A stretch of DNA of 64,000 bases. It comes from Lama glama (taxonomy: Eukaryota). The stretch covers positions 78,058,001 through 78,122,000 of the forward strand of contig CM052817.1 in assembly GCA_028534125.1 (NCBI GenBank), in the 5' to 3' direction. Positions 1 through 12,423 of this stretch are shown here, piece by piece. The notes under the pieces are model-generated. The model worked only from the letters and a program-made list of their open reading frames with translations, was not told where the DNA came from and did not search any database. Position numbers and translations under genes: made by a program. Each line of letters starts with the position of its first letter. Positions within the stretch are counted from its first letter, which is position 1.

Positions 1-11
1 TAATTTTGTCT

Positions 12-87
12 CTTTTTAATTGAAATATAGGTGATTTACAATATTGTGTTAGTTTCAGATGTATAGCATAGTGATTCTTGATTTTTA
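12..87 (-). mobile_element. L1 extreme 3' end fragment (cetartiodactyl-type)
   Basis: tttttaattgaaatataggtgatttacaatattgtgttagtttcagatgtatagcatagtgattc is the reverse complement of an L1 3' terminus; resembles the end of the L1 at 20958-21324. Confidence 0.75.
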
Positions 88-248
88 CCTGGAAAATGAT
101 GTGCTCCTTCATTCTGCACATGCAGATCTCTTTCAGCTTAGGAACATTTTCTTCTGTCTTCGACTTTTCACTTAACAGAGCATGGTGGGCAATGAGAAAG
201 TAAGAAATGAACAACACGCATTTGACTTAGAGTTTTACTGTAATCGTT

Positions 249-465
249 GCTAACATTTATTGAGGGTCCTCCACATGCCAGGTTGTTGTAAGTAAAACTT
301 ATTATGTCCTCACGTGGAACATCTGAAGCAGGTATTTTAAGTATCCACATTGTATAGATCTGAAAGTTGAGGCACAGAATTTTAGCAACTTGCTCCGGGT
401 GCCCTAGCTTGGAAGGGGAAGAGTCAGGATTTGAACCTAGGTGATTAGACTTGAGTACACACTAC
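249..465 (-). mobile_element. MIR SINE
   Basis: gctaacatttattgag...ttgaggcacaga...caacttgctc...ggatttgaacctagg match antisense MIR tail, core and B-box. Confidence 0.85.
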
Positions 466-2149
466 AATGAACATTTACTTGAGAACTTCCTTGTAGAAGT
501 TCTCTTGCCACATGTGATCTTGTACCTTTCTCAGGAATTCTGCATGGGGGGCCTCTATTTTCTGTCCTCTACATTTTTCATCTCTTCTTTTACTTTGTTT
601 TTTTTTTCCCAGAGAAAAGTTTTTCTCTTCAGTTTCAGAAGGGATAGATTAATTTGTAATTCATATTGTTGATTCAGCTTTTCAAACTATCAATTCTGCT
701 TATTATTGCTTTTAGAGTACATTTAAAACCTGTTATTTTTGTTGTCACTGAAGATTTGCCTCATGTCACTTCTCTTACATTTAATTTCATCTTATTGTCT
801 TTTAATCTCATAATTAGGCTCCATTATAGTGTAAGGAGTTGTACTTAGTTATAAATGATATATCTGGGGAAAATGAGTATATTCTTGCTAGAATTACTAG
901 GAATCTCCCTTTGAATGTCAGAAAACAATATAACCTTAAAAAAAAGTGTATGTGGGGGAAGGGGCATACTATAGGATCAACAAAGCTCAAATAACACAAA
1001 ATTGACTTATCTCTACTACCCATAACCATGTCCACATGCCATACCCTCTCTTTCTACTAGATATTTCCTTGTGTATCAATTTTTCAGAAGCGGACACATC
1101 AGATCAATATAACTGAAGATACATTTTAAGTTATTCTTTAAATTTCTGTCAGCATTTTTTAATGTAGTCAATTTAATGTATGATGGGCAGATTGGCTCTA
1201 TCACATTCTATAATTATTGCTGTCAGGATACTTCTAGCCAGAGATGGAATTGTTTCTGCATTTATCATTCTCTGTCCCTGCTTATGTATTTGTCGGTGCA
1301 GCTGTGATTCATTTATGTTATAATACTGCAGCTAATTGTGTATGGGCTATTTGATCAAAAACAACATTTTAACAAGACCAAAATAGCCAAGGCAAGGGAA
1401 AAATGTAATTATATAACAATGTTAGAACTTTTTTTGGAAGCAGCATTGAAAAAGATTATGCATTTGAATAGCTCCAAAAGCCAAATAATAATTATGGCGG
1501 CATTGTTCTGTTGTCCATATTGTCCAAATCTGGATTGGTCTGCCAGAAAGAAAAAAGTGAATTATCCCTCATTATCTTGTTTGATTTGGCCCTTTGAATG
1601 GTCAATATTGCTAAATTGCCCTTTGGGTGGGAAGAAATTAGATTCTATCATATGTCACTAAAGGTCTCTTTTCATGGTTGGATGTTTTTGAATTTATGAG
1701 TCTCAGAATGCCATGGCTAAGTAAAGATAATTACAAATGCAATTATTAGTCATTTATGCCATCAACATAACATACAATGGATCATTTGCTCAGAAATTTG
1801 CAAGGCACTTATAAACATGGGGAAAAAAAAAACCCAGAAAACTCCAGGAGCTAAAGTAAACTTGATTTGAGACAATGAGAATTATATGCTCCTGACATTA
1901 ATTTTTGTGCCAAATATATTTCAAATAAGACAATTGCCCTTTCTTGTGCCTTTGTGAAGGCTAGTCCAACATGAGTATCAGAACATAGTAATCTTATAGA
2001 TTAAGCCCACTGTTATATGAATGAAGAATAGAATGAAGTCGGTATTGCTGGGCACTTGAATAAATGTGGGAGGACTAAAGAAATCTTCCTTGGAACAACT
2101 TCTGTTATCTTCTAACAAAAGTGGTTTGATTTGATAAAGTGAACACTAT

Positions 2150-2745
2150 TGAGGTAGTAGTTGTCTTGATCCTCCCAGGCAGGTTTTCCCAATCCCATTC
2201 TCTGTCATAGCACACTCTAACATTTTCTTTGGGGAAGTGTTTCTCCCCTGTTCTTGTGATCTTAGTAGAACTCCTAGTCACAATACCCTTCCTGCTGGTG
2301 GTGAGATTGATCCTGTGTCCCCCCAGCTGGACCCATCACGTTGTTGAGTCATTGTGGACACCGTGATTGAAGCCAGATGCAGTATGTGGCCCGCACTGTG
2401 ACTGAGGGCAGTTCGATTTCTCTCCAGGAAATTTCCGAGTTAGAGTTGGTGAAATAATGTTCTTGCTAACTGAATCAAGAATGAACAAAAGTGGCCTAAA
2501 GTTGGTTGTCAAATGCCCTGTAACATGGATTAAAACAAGCAATGGTGGGAGGGGCTGGAGAGGGTCATGGAGAGGAGACCAAGATCATTCTTTCTAACTA
2601 AATTATTATTTCTAACTCAATAATTTAGTTAGAAAGAAGTCCCTGAGGAGTCTCTGAGGCTAACCACTTTCTTAGACATCCTAACTTCAAACACTGATAC
2701 ATTCCTTTTATTACTTAAGTTCTTTTGAATTGTAGTGATACTGCA
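2150..2745 (+). mobile_element. Ancient ERVL/MaLR solo LTR (LTR16-like or old MLT1-like), highly diverged
   Basis: 3' end acattcctttttattacttaagttcttttgaattg resembles the shared terminal motif of old ERVL/MaLR LTRs; higher GC than flanks. Confidence 0.5.
2588..2638. repeat. Perfect 20-bp inverted repeat with 11-nt spacer
   Basis: ttctttctaactaaattatt (2588-2607) / aataatttagttagaaagaa (2619-2638) are exact reverse complements. Confidence 0.97.
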
Positions 2746-3172
2746 ATTAGCTGAATAATGTCACCAATTACTAAAAGCAGTCCATTCTGACTAATATAAA
2801 AATGATTTGCTGCAGAACTGGAAATAGAATATTTATTTTGGCGGCTGATAATATTTCCTACGCTGCTGCAGTCATTTGTAGGATTTAGTGTTCAATTTCC
2901 TTGGCAATATGGAAATATCCTACAAATACATAGCTAGCGGTGAAAGTAATGACAGGCTATGCTAGTGAGGCATTCTAAGTGTTAAAGGTTTATGTGAGTA
3001 TATGAACAATGGTATTAGCATGTTAGTATATTAGCACATAAAAATTTTCAAAATACTTCAGAGAAGGGGATGCATTATGTTGAAGATAAAGGTAAACTAA
3101 GTGGTAAGTTCACCAATGAAAAGAAAACAGTATTGATATTCAACAAAAACACATCCGTAAAAATGAAAGCCA

Positions 3173-3290
3173 CTAGCATTTATTGAATGCACCCTGGTGT
3201 TTTCACATACGTAAAATTTTTCATTCTCATATCAACCTGTGTGATAGACGTTAGTGTTCTTATTTTGTGGGAAGTAAGTTTCTCAGAGGG
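3173..3290 (-). mobile_element. MIR fragment, interrupted by the following LTR
   Basis: ctagcatttattgaatgc...ttctcatatcaacctgtgtgatag...ttattttgtgggaag matches antisense MIR 3' half. Confidence 0.6.
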
Positions 3291-3815
3291 GAGAGGTTCA
3301 AGTTCAGTCAGTCATGAATGACTGATGGGTTAATCAATGGTGCCTGTGTGATGGAGTCCCCATAAAACCCCAAAAGGACAGACCTGGAGAGCTTCCCACA
3401 CAGCACATCCACGTGCTGGGAGAGTGGCAACACCCCAGTTCCACAGGCACAGAGGCCCTTGCACTTGGGGCCCTTCTTGANNNNNNNNNNNNNNNNNNNN
3501 NNNNNNNNNNNNNNNNNNNNNNNNNNNNNNNNNNNNNNNNNNNNNNNNNNNNNNNNNNNNNNNNNNNNNNNNNNNNNNNNNNNNNNNNNNNNNNNNNNNN
3601 NNNNNNNNNNNNAGAAATATTTACATATACTGAACCCAGGAAGTTTGCAGGAACCTTCAATATACAATTGATCAGAAACACAGGTAACAACCTAGACTTG
3701 CGATTGGCATGTGAAGTGAGTGCAGTCTTGTGAGACTGAACCCTTACCTCTGAGCTCTGAAGCAGTCTCTGTGTCAGAATTGAGTTAATTGCTTGGTGGT
3801 GTTGGAAAACACACA
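3291..3815 (+). mobile_element. MER21-family LTR (spans N gap)
   Basis: ttaatcaatggtgcctgtgtgatggagtccccataaaaccccaaaaggacag and gatcagaaacacaggtaacaacctagacttgcgattggcatgtgaagt...gtgtcagaattgagtt are MER21 hallmarks; strand inferred from the TATA-like cataaaa. Confidence 0.8.
3481..3612. other. Assembly gap (132 N)
   Basis: run of N. Confidence 1.
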
Positions 3816-4066
3816 GCAGACCAGGCAAGCTTCTAAATCCCAGGTAGCTGGAGCACATGGACTACAGTTGTGATGCTAATAACAGAATTTCTAGTCTGAA
3901 TGACATTCCTAGTTGTCATCATTCATAAACAATGGGCATTCAGGTGTCATCCTCAGATTTGATTTTTGCTTGTTTTTTTGTTTACTGTTTTTCTGGTAGC
4001 CAGTCCCTAAGGCTCCAATTTCTCCAGGCACAAACGAGAGAGACTCTCTGGGGCTTAGGCAGACAG

Positions 4067-4459
4067 TGTTATGAGCTGAATTATGTCATTCCAGAATTCT
4101 TATGTCAAAACCCTAAGCCCCTGTACCTCAAAATTTTACTATATTTAGAGCCAGGGCCTTTAAAGAGATAATTAAGTTAAAATGAGGCCATTAGGGTAAG
4201 CATCTAGTCTGGTATGTTTATGAGAGGAGGGAATTTTGACACGCAGAGATGCCAGGGATGTGCTTACATGGAGGAGAGACCCCATGAAGACACAGGGAGA
4301 AGGTGGCGGTCTGCAAGGCAAGGAGGGAGGCCTCAGGAGGAGCTAAGCCTGCTGTCACCTGACCCTGCACTTCTAGCCTCTAGAATTATGCAAAATTTAT
4401 GATGCTTAAGCCATCCAGTTTGAGGTATTTTTTTACAGCAGCCCTAGCAAACTAATACA
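4067..4459 (+). mobile_element. MaLR solo LTR, MLT1A/MLT1B-type, full length
   Basis: Starts tgttatgagctgaattatgtc, ends gcagccctagcaaactaataca (TG...CA); decayed 5-bp flanks gacag/gttag. Confidence 0.9.
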
Positions 4460-5044
4460 GTTAGAGTCAGCTAGTCACTACCTCGATTGGCCCTTCACAC
4501 ACTTCCATCAGCTTTCACGTGCTTGGGCCACTTCCTGAGAACATATGTAAGGGAATGTAGCCAAGTTTAAGAATGATTTACATTTCCTTCTTTCTATTTT
4601 TCTTCATTATGGACAGATTTTTCTATAATCTAAAATATTTCTGTTATATTCTTTAAAAAGCTATCTTTAAAACAAACAAAAAATAACCCCTAAGTTTGAA
4701 AAGTTTAAGTTCAGCTAATGTCATATACAAGTGCCTTTATTTAACAAATCATAAAGTGCAGTTCAACAATATATATAATAAAATATGTCAGAATAAAAAA
4801 AATGGGAAGTTAAATGAACCATCATATGCTTTATCTAACTGACAGAATTCCATTTATTTAGAAATACCCATATAGTTGACTTTTCAAGCATAATTAGAAT
4901 AGTTGTGATTTGGACATAAGCTCTGTTGCCCCATCAGTACATTTTTGATGGTTTGTTCTAAGAATAATAATAACTTGTAGCCTTTCAAATGCACAGCCAC
5001 CATTAGCTTTTAATAAAACTTCTTCTCTGTGTATATATATTGGA

Positions 5045-5225
5045 GGACCAAATGCTGAGAGACTAGTGAGGGGGTTCAGAATATGTTTGAAACTGAGAAC
5101 GATTCCAGTGGAAATATAGCTGCAGAGGAACATGGATCATTAGAAGAACCAGCAAGGACAGAGGTGATAAAGAAATACAATATGGGAGAGAAGGATCAAA
5201 TTCAGGATACAGAAGAAATAAACTT
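5045..5225 (-). mobile_element. L2 fragment (purine-rich antisense)
   Basis: agagactagtgagggggtt and atgggagagaaggatcaaattcaggata resemble antisense L2 3' region. Confidence 0.4.
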
Positions 5226-5666
5226 GGTTTGGAGGAAACAAACCAAGATTTATGTGGCTTTTGATCAAATGTCAAAGTACAGGATATAGACAATAAGTAC
5301 GTGAACCCACAAGCAACTGAAATATTTTAGTTTATTCCCAGCTGACATTCCCAATGACATTTCTTCAGTTATTGGGAAAAAAAGACATTGAAAAATGAAA
5401 GTGACTTTATAAATAACTTTGCCCTTCACCAATCAACATCTAACCTTGCTATGCTTGTGTGGTAAAAAAAAATAATGCTTCAAGGCATAAAGCTCTTGGA
5501 ACTGTGGAAAGGCTGAAAAAGATTTTTTCTAAAACCTTTCATCCTAAATGGATTTGAAATATTGTACTACCCAGCTACACACTGAAATTGTTACTTCACA
5601 TAGAAATGTACTTGGATTATAAATCTATGCCTTCAGATGTAAATGCACTCGATCACCTTAGGAAAG

Positions 5667-5945
5667 GTAATAAAATAATAATAATAATGATAATAATAAT
5701 GGCTGCTGCCATTTATTGGGAAATTTTATGTCTATTAATGTATATTATAGGAATATTATGTATATTATGGGGATTTTTATACTATAAAGAAAATTATAAT
5801 AATAGCTCAATTATATGTAAGTTTACAGATGAGGAAATTGAGGGTCAGATGGTTCCCTTCGCTCATAGTCTAAGAGCTTGTAAGTGGTAAAGATGGGATG
5901 TGAAGTCAGGTTTCTTTGACTCGGAGCACTGGTGCTTTTAACTTC
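5667..5945 (-). mobile_element. MIR with (AAT)n tail
   Basis: (aat)n then catttattgg...tttacagatgaggaaattgagggtcaga...gtaagtggtaaagatgggatgtgaagtcagg. Confidence 0.85.
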
Positions 5946-5954
5946 TAACTCCAG

Positions 5955-6356
5955 GCTCTGTGACCTCAGTACCACTACCCATTTTTAATCATTAAATGCC
6001 TGCTCTCCTGGCCGTTTTCTGTTCCCTGATGCCCATCTCAACATCTTTGCACTGACTGTTCCATTGCCCAGAAAATTCCTCTTATGGCTTTCTCCTTTAA
6101 ATTCTTGATCTCAATTAATGTATTACCTCCTCAGTTGGCGTCCCTAACCAGCCCATTTAAAGTGGTCCAGTTACTATCACATTAAGCCATTTTATTTTCT
6201 TTATGACATTTATCACCAACTAGTATTTTCTTATTTTTATTTGTGAATATGGTTATCTCTTCCCATCCCCTTCACCAAGGATGTGAGCCTTATTCCCTAG
6301 AAAAGGGCCTAACACATAAGATTCTCAATGAATATTTGAATAATAAATAAATGAAT
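5955..6356 (+). mobile_element. L2 3' end
   Basis: ctttgcactgactgttccattgcccagaaa...gggcctaacacataagattctcaatgaatatttgaataataaataaatgaat is the L2 terminus. Confidence 0.8.
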
Positions 6357-7814
6357 CTCATCGAACTTATACATGAGATATTTAATAGGGCATGATTATC
6401 CATAATTTTATTAACATTTTTAATCTTACCAAAGTTCACAGCAGTAAAATATCTTTCCAATGATCACTGAGTCAATATGTGGCAAAATGAATTCAAAACC
6501 AGGTTAGTCTTATTCCAAAGTCTATGCTCTTATTCAGGAAGCTATATATACTGCCTTAAGACAAGTGACAATAAGGAGTCACTAGCCTGTGTAGCTAAGG
6601 TGTCTCCCTCAGGAATGTCCTTAGCACAGAAGAAATCCCTTGAAAAAATAGTGGGTCCCTGATTACTTGGAAGTTGTATTGGCTCAGAGGCACAATAAAA
6701 AGGAGAGGATAGAAAATCATTAGTTACCTTTTAGATTAAAACTTTTCACACCATAAAGGCAAACATCATTGAAATTCAAGAGGAAAAGTTATTTATGCTT
6801 TCTTTTAGAAACATTAAAAGAAGAACTGTAAACTAAATTTCAGAAGTTATCTTCTAGGACTAAACTTAATTTGTACTTTTTCACCTGGTTATCTATAGGG
6901 TCATTTCCATTTTGAAACTGTGAATGAGGTATTTTCAAGCATTTTATTTAAGCTAGAATGAAATTAAAAGATAAAACGTAGCAAAAATGAAAAGGATCAA
7001 TTTGTTAATCTATCTTAACTTATGTTTATGTCAATAGCTATCTCTATCTATATATAAAATAGGCAGGAATTTTCAGGAAGGAGAACCAGCAGGAAAATAG
7101 GTCAAAAACTTCGAATAACCAGTTCTCTAGGAAAGCAGTCCTTGTCTGGATTAGAAAGCTAAGTCATTTAAATTCCCCAAACTGAAAAAGAATATAAGAT
7201 TATTTGCAGATTCGTGTATTACTTCCAGAAGGAAAGATGTATGATGTTAAAAATTACTGTTGGGTTCATTTTCTGAGAGCCTGGCAGCCCCTCCAGATGG
7301 GAGTGTAGTCATTCATACGTGCCTGCCTTAGTCGTGCCTTCATCTGTCTCCACTTCAGTCCCAAGTAGGATTATTCTCCCCTGGTATATGGTACAGCTCA
7401 AATTTATGTCCTAATGTGTTGTACCTATGTCCAGAAGCTCACACGGCAACGTAGTAAGTGTGCAAAACATTTTAAACGTCTATGTTCATTTGATTTTCTT
7501 AGGGGACCAATTCAGATTTGAAAGGGAAGTTTAAGAGAGATTTATCTAAAATCACTATATGTGGTATTTAGAATGTGCTAGTCTTTCCTTTTTTTTCTTC
7601 AATAGTTACAATATTGAGGATTATTTTTCTTAAGGTTAAGTAAAAGTAGTTATACTGAAACATAAAGACGGATAATCTACAAAACAAACCATAATAAAGA
7701 GAAATGATTTCTAGATATTTTCATTAAATTTATTCAAAGTGAGTCTACTCTTTACATTTCCTGGTAACCTCATGAAAACTATAATTAATTAAACCGTATG
7801 GTATGTTTAATAGC

Positions 7815-8035
7815 AAAGGTGTATATAGAACATTGGCTTGCTGTGTCCCAGGCACTATTTTAAGTGCTTCACATGAATTGCCACAAAATATTCTATTTAT
7901 TGTTCTTGTTTTAGGATGAGGAAACTGAGGCAGAGAGATGCTATGAAACTTGTACAAAGTCATATAGTTGGTGAGCATCACACCTGAGATTCTAAGCCAA
8001 CAGTCTGGCTCCAGCGGCTGAGCTCAGAGACACTA
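7815..8035 (-). mobile_element. MIR
   Basis: ccaggcactattttaagtgcttcacatg...gatgaggaaactgaggcagagag core. Confidence 0.9.
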
Positions 8036-8749
8036 AAATGTGCTGACATGTTATCAAACATATTTATTTTGCATTGCTATCAGCTAAAGAACAATCCTTG
8101 TTGCCTGAGGTGCTGGGGAAATGAAGAATTACTCTGGCATCAAACTGCTCCACATAAATAAATTTACCCATTAGTTTAAGCATATTCCTTTAAGTAGCCA
8201 ATACTTTTGATGAATATTTATTCTAACAAGGATTACATACTTTCCTGACTTCTTTGCCAAAGTTCATTAGACTTTTTTTTTTAATGCAGATTCTGAAACA
8301 ACACTAGAAATATCTTTGATTTTTTAACTTTGTTCTCTAGGTAATGGATTCAGAGCTTTGGGAGTATGTAAAGCTGATTATGTTCCCTTACTAAACATTG
8401 CTTTCTCTTTAGGTTTTTATCTTCTCTTTGGATAGTTTTCTGCATTCTTCCCTGTAGGCATGATTTCATGTTACTTATTCCTATGCTGTAATTCTAGAAC
8501 ACTTCCGGCTCTTCCTGACTTACGACGCCACATCATCTGTGGGTTGTTAGGAACGTGTAATACCCCAGCTTGCAGGAATTGAAAGTATAGTAAAAGTAAA
8601 GAAACTCCTCGTGAGAACATGATTTGTTTTCTTGCAGGTTAATTGTTCAAAATGTAATTCTTGACCTTAGGCCTCAAGAACAGCTGTAATTCACTCTTAA
8701 TTAACTTTGTAACTGAAAGTAGGAGACACAGTCTTCTTTCTTTCCTGTA

Positions 8750-9020
8750 GAATCATCTTCACATTCTCTTCCCTCTTTTCTAGTTTGGCTCTTTCCCTGG
8801 AGCTGCCTCCTTGCGGGCTTTCCCACAAGTCCTGTCCTCGGTCCTCTTCTCACCATCACCCACATTCTCCTTCTACATGCTCTCCTACTCCCATGAACCA
8901 AACCATGACTTCTCTCTCCAGACCGTCATCTCTGAAATCCAGTCTGTAGTTTCCAACTGCTAAACTTCTGGGTGAGATTGCAAACAAATCACTTTTTAAA
9001 TTCAGTGCATCATTTTCTCC
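8750..9020 (+). mobile_element. L2 internal fragment
   Basis: Pyrimidine-rich ctgtcctcggtcctcttctc...ctccagac...ctgaaatccagtctgtagtttccaactgc typical of L2 ORF2 3' region. Confidence 0.6.
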
Positions 9021-9024
9021 CTAA

Positions 9025-9190
9025 GCAACTGTGAAGTAGTGAAAGGAGCATCAGATCTGAATTCAGAAGGCAGGGTTTGAGTTCCAGTAGTGCCATTTAT
9101 TAGTTTTGTGAACTTTCCCAGAACACACAATCTCTGTACGACTCATTTCTGTCTCGAAAATACGCAAAATGATACTAAATCTCTTAAAGG
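9025..9190 (+). mobile_element. MIR (MIRc/MIR3-like)
   Basis: gtagtgaaaggagcatcagatctgaattcagaaggcagggtttgagttccagtagtgccatttattagttttgtgaact tRNA-derived head. Confidence 0.75.
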
Positions 9191-10705
9191 TGTCGGGGGG
9201 GAAGGACATTCCTTCTTGGACTCAAGCTGTGGTCATCCAGCCACATGCCACTGGTGAACTCTTATCCACTTGTCCTCCGTTTTGATGTGAGCAGGTGCTT
9301 CCTTCTCAGCCTCACCTCAGGCTTTCTCTGACTCAGCTGCATCTCCATACATCACTCTGGGCTTCAGAAACCATGGTGAGACTGCCCAGGGACTGCACCC
9401 TACACACATCTGCAGCTGCTTCACACCACTGCCTCTGCAGCCTCCCAGACTGGGGAGACTTTGGGGACTTGCAGGCTTTCTCAGCCCACTCCAGGAAATG
9501 GGAGGCACCCCAGACCTTTCTGCTTGTATCTGCTCAGACCTGTAGAATGTTCTTAGGAGCTTGGAAGCTAGAGGCAGGTGGAACACTGGGCCCCTCTGAA
9601 GGACTCAGCAGCTGTTAAACCTCTCCCTTCTCTGATTCTCTAACTAGCCTAGTGTCAGAAAGGAACAATGTCTCACATTGGTCAGAACTCTTCCAAATAT
9701 TTTCTAGAAACTAGAAAATCAGGTCTTTTCATTTTTTTTTCCTCCTAGTTCTAGTGTAACCATTGTCAGCTGAGGTGATGACGAGTCTTCACTCCAGGTT
9801 GAATGGGGAAGGCCCACAAAGCCAAAAACAGGGCATGGCAGGCAGGCGCAGAAAGTGCGATCAGTCAGTGCGTCACAGCGGCATCCTGCTGCCAGCCGTA
9901 ACAGGAGGGATATGGCCAACAGCCGCAAGAGTGCTCAGCTTGGAAAAGAGGTGTTTACCTCCCACTATGAGCTTGATAATCCTAATAAAAAAATGGGCCT
10001 GATTTCCTAGCAGTCTAATTTAGCCCTGTGGGAACTTTCTTTTTTCTCCACTTCTTCTCAGTCTATCTTTCTTTTACTAGTTTTTTTTTCCTCTCATCCT
10101 CTTTTTAACCATGCTTTTGCTTCACTGGGATTGACCCTTCCCTGCCCTGAGGGAGGCCTGATACTCACTGAAAGACGATTGGCTCAGAAAAAGAGAAACA
10201 TCTTCTATGGGAAATAAGCCTGAGAAAATTATCATATTACATATTATATACCTTTCCCTCTATCCCCATGTATATTAGGTTAATAAAGTTTCTGGGGTAA
10301 AATCTGCAATTAAAGAAGCCTGTTTAAATTTGACTAATTGTTTTATAAACACCCAGTGATAATATACATTTTAAGTAACATATGTGGGAAATGATCTTTT
10401 AGAAAAAGTTGCTGGAGTGGAGAGAGAGGTTAGACATTCTTCTAACTTCTGAGAACGATACACTTTATAGTTGGAAGTAATTTCAGGTGCCTCCGGCAAA
10501 GGGTAGTCAACTCCCCATGCTTTCTGTACAACTGTGGCCAGCGGTTTATAAAACACAAGCTCTTACAAAGGTGACTTATCTACATCAGTGCAACTTAGAA
10601 ACTAATATTTCAAAAAGCCATGTAGGCATCTTTCCTTATCTCTCTGGGAAATATATGGATATTTTGGATAATATATAGAGGGAGACAAGTTCGTGCAAAA
10701 AAAAA

Positions 10706-11205
10706 NNNNNNNNNNNNNNNNNNNNNNNNNNNNNNNNNNNNNNNNNNNNNNNNNNNNNNNNNNNNNNNNNNNNNNNNNNNNNNNNNNNNNNNNNNNNNNN
10801 NNNNNNNNNNNNNNNNNNNNNNNNNNNNNNNNNNNNNNNNNNNNNNNNNNNNNNNNNNNNNNNNNNNNNNNNNNNNNNNNNNNNNNNNNNNNNNNNNNNN
10901 NNNNNNNNNNNNNNNNNNNNNNNNNNNNNNNNNNNNNNNNNNNNNNNNNNNNNNNNNNNNNNNNNNNNNNNNNNNNNNNNNNNNNNNNNNNNNNNNNNNN
11001 NNNNNNNNNNNNNNNNNNNNNNNNNNNNNNNNNNNNNNNNNNNNNNNNNNNNNNNNNNNNNNNNNNNNNNNNNNNNNNNNNNNNNNNNNNNNNNNNNNNN
11101 NNNNNNNNNNNNNNNNNNNNNNNNNNNNNNNNNNNNNNNNNNNNNNNNNNNNNNNNNNNNNNNNNNNNNNNNNNNNNNNNNNNNNNNNNNNNNNNNNNNN
11201 NNNNN
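10706..11205. other. Assembly gap (500 N) following an A-run
   Basis: run of N; the round length may be a placeholder. Confidence 1.
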
Positions 11206-11419
11206 CGTCTGATTGTTGGTGGCTTTGTCGTTTTCCCTGGGTTCTAACTTGCTTATGAATGCTTGCTCTCACATGTCAGCAAGATGAAATAATCTGGCAG
11301 TTATTTTGAGGGCTAGAGTTTGCCAATCTTTTTCAGAAAAAAGTGACCTATTTTCAATCAGTGTTTCATGGGGGTCATTTTGGGGTGTGGAGAAAGAACT
11401 GCCACGTACGGAGAGGAAT

Positions 11420-11890
11420 GTTAGGGTCTTAGGAGTCAGGATAGTGATGCCAGTGAAATAGTGGCTTTAACAATGCAAATCCATTTCTCTCTCTTCCAAA
11501 CGTTTGGAGTACAGTCCTTGCAGATGTAATAGCTCCCATAATCGTCCAGGACCTCCTACCACCTTGTTCTTCCTGCCTTCCTCAACACCCTCTTTACTTC
11601 ATGTACAACATGACTTCTAAAGCGCCTGCCATCAGTTCTGCATTCCACCAACACATACATGGAAGGAGCAGTAAAGAGCATGTCTCCTTTCTTTAAGAAC
11701 AGGATCCAGAAATTGGAAATTTCACCTTTACTTGGAGCCCAATGGTAGAACTTTAGGACCTCATTTAGCTGCAAGTAAATTTTTTGAAAAAGAATTTCCA
11801 GGATAGGCATGCAGCCACTAAAATTGAGTTCTGTTACTAAAGGAAGAATGAGAAATTTGTACTGAGGGACCCGTTTTGCTATCCGCCCTT
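11420..11890 (-). mobile_element. MaLR LTR, MLT1J/I-type
   Basis: tagtggctttaacaat...tttagctgcaag...gttctgttactaaaggaagaatgagaa = antisense MLT1J landmarks. Confidence 0.7.
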
Positions 11891-12007
11891 ATGTCATCTT
11901 ACTAATCTTCATAAATGGCAGCAATGAATTTCCATCAGCTCTCTGCAAGTTTTCTGCAATTTAAAATTAATTAAGACTAAAAGATGTTTGTGAAAAAAAA
12001 TGGAGTT

Positions 12008-12423
12008 TCTATTAGTCTGTTCAGGTGCCATAACAAAATACCATAGACTGAGTGGCTCAAAAACAGAAATTTATTTTCTCACCGTTCTGGAGACTGGAAG
12101 TTAGAGATCCAGGTGCCAGCAGGACGTCTGCTGTCTGGTGAGACCTCTCCCTTTGGGTAGCAGGATCAGCTGCTTTCTCTGTGACCGCACGTGACCTTTC
12201 CTCAGTGCATGCATGCACCCCGGGATGGAGAGAGAGCAAGCTTTCTGCTGTCTGTTCTTCAAAGGACACTAATTCTATCAAATCAGGGCTCCCACCCTTA
12301 TGACTTCGTTTAACCTTAATTATTTCCATAAAGGCCCCATCTCCAAATATAGTCACCTTGGGGGTTAGTGGGTTAAGGCTTCAACATAGATTTGGGGGAA
12401 GCATAGATATTCAGTCCATAACA
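12008..12423 (-). mobile_element. MaLR solo LTR, MLT1A-type, full length with intact 5-bp TSD
   Basis: tattagtctgttcaggtgccataacaaaataccatagactgagtggc...attcagtccataaca; flanked by GAGTT (12003-12007) and GAGTT (12424-12428). Confidence 0.93.

Noticed and set aside
5083-5289. 68-aa acidic, protein-looking ORF (MFETENDSSGNIAAEEHGSLEEP...)
   Set aside because: Purine-rich composition is explained by a probable antisense L2 remnant; no splice signals or recognised homology
10610-11272. 220-aa and 184-aa ORFs (also those at 3308-3858 and 57568-57840)
   Set aside because: Length is an artefact of N runs translating as X
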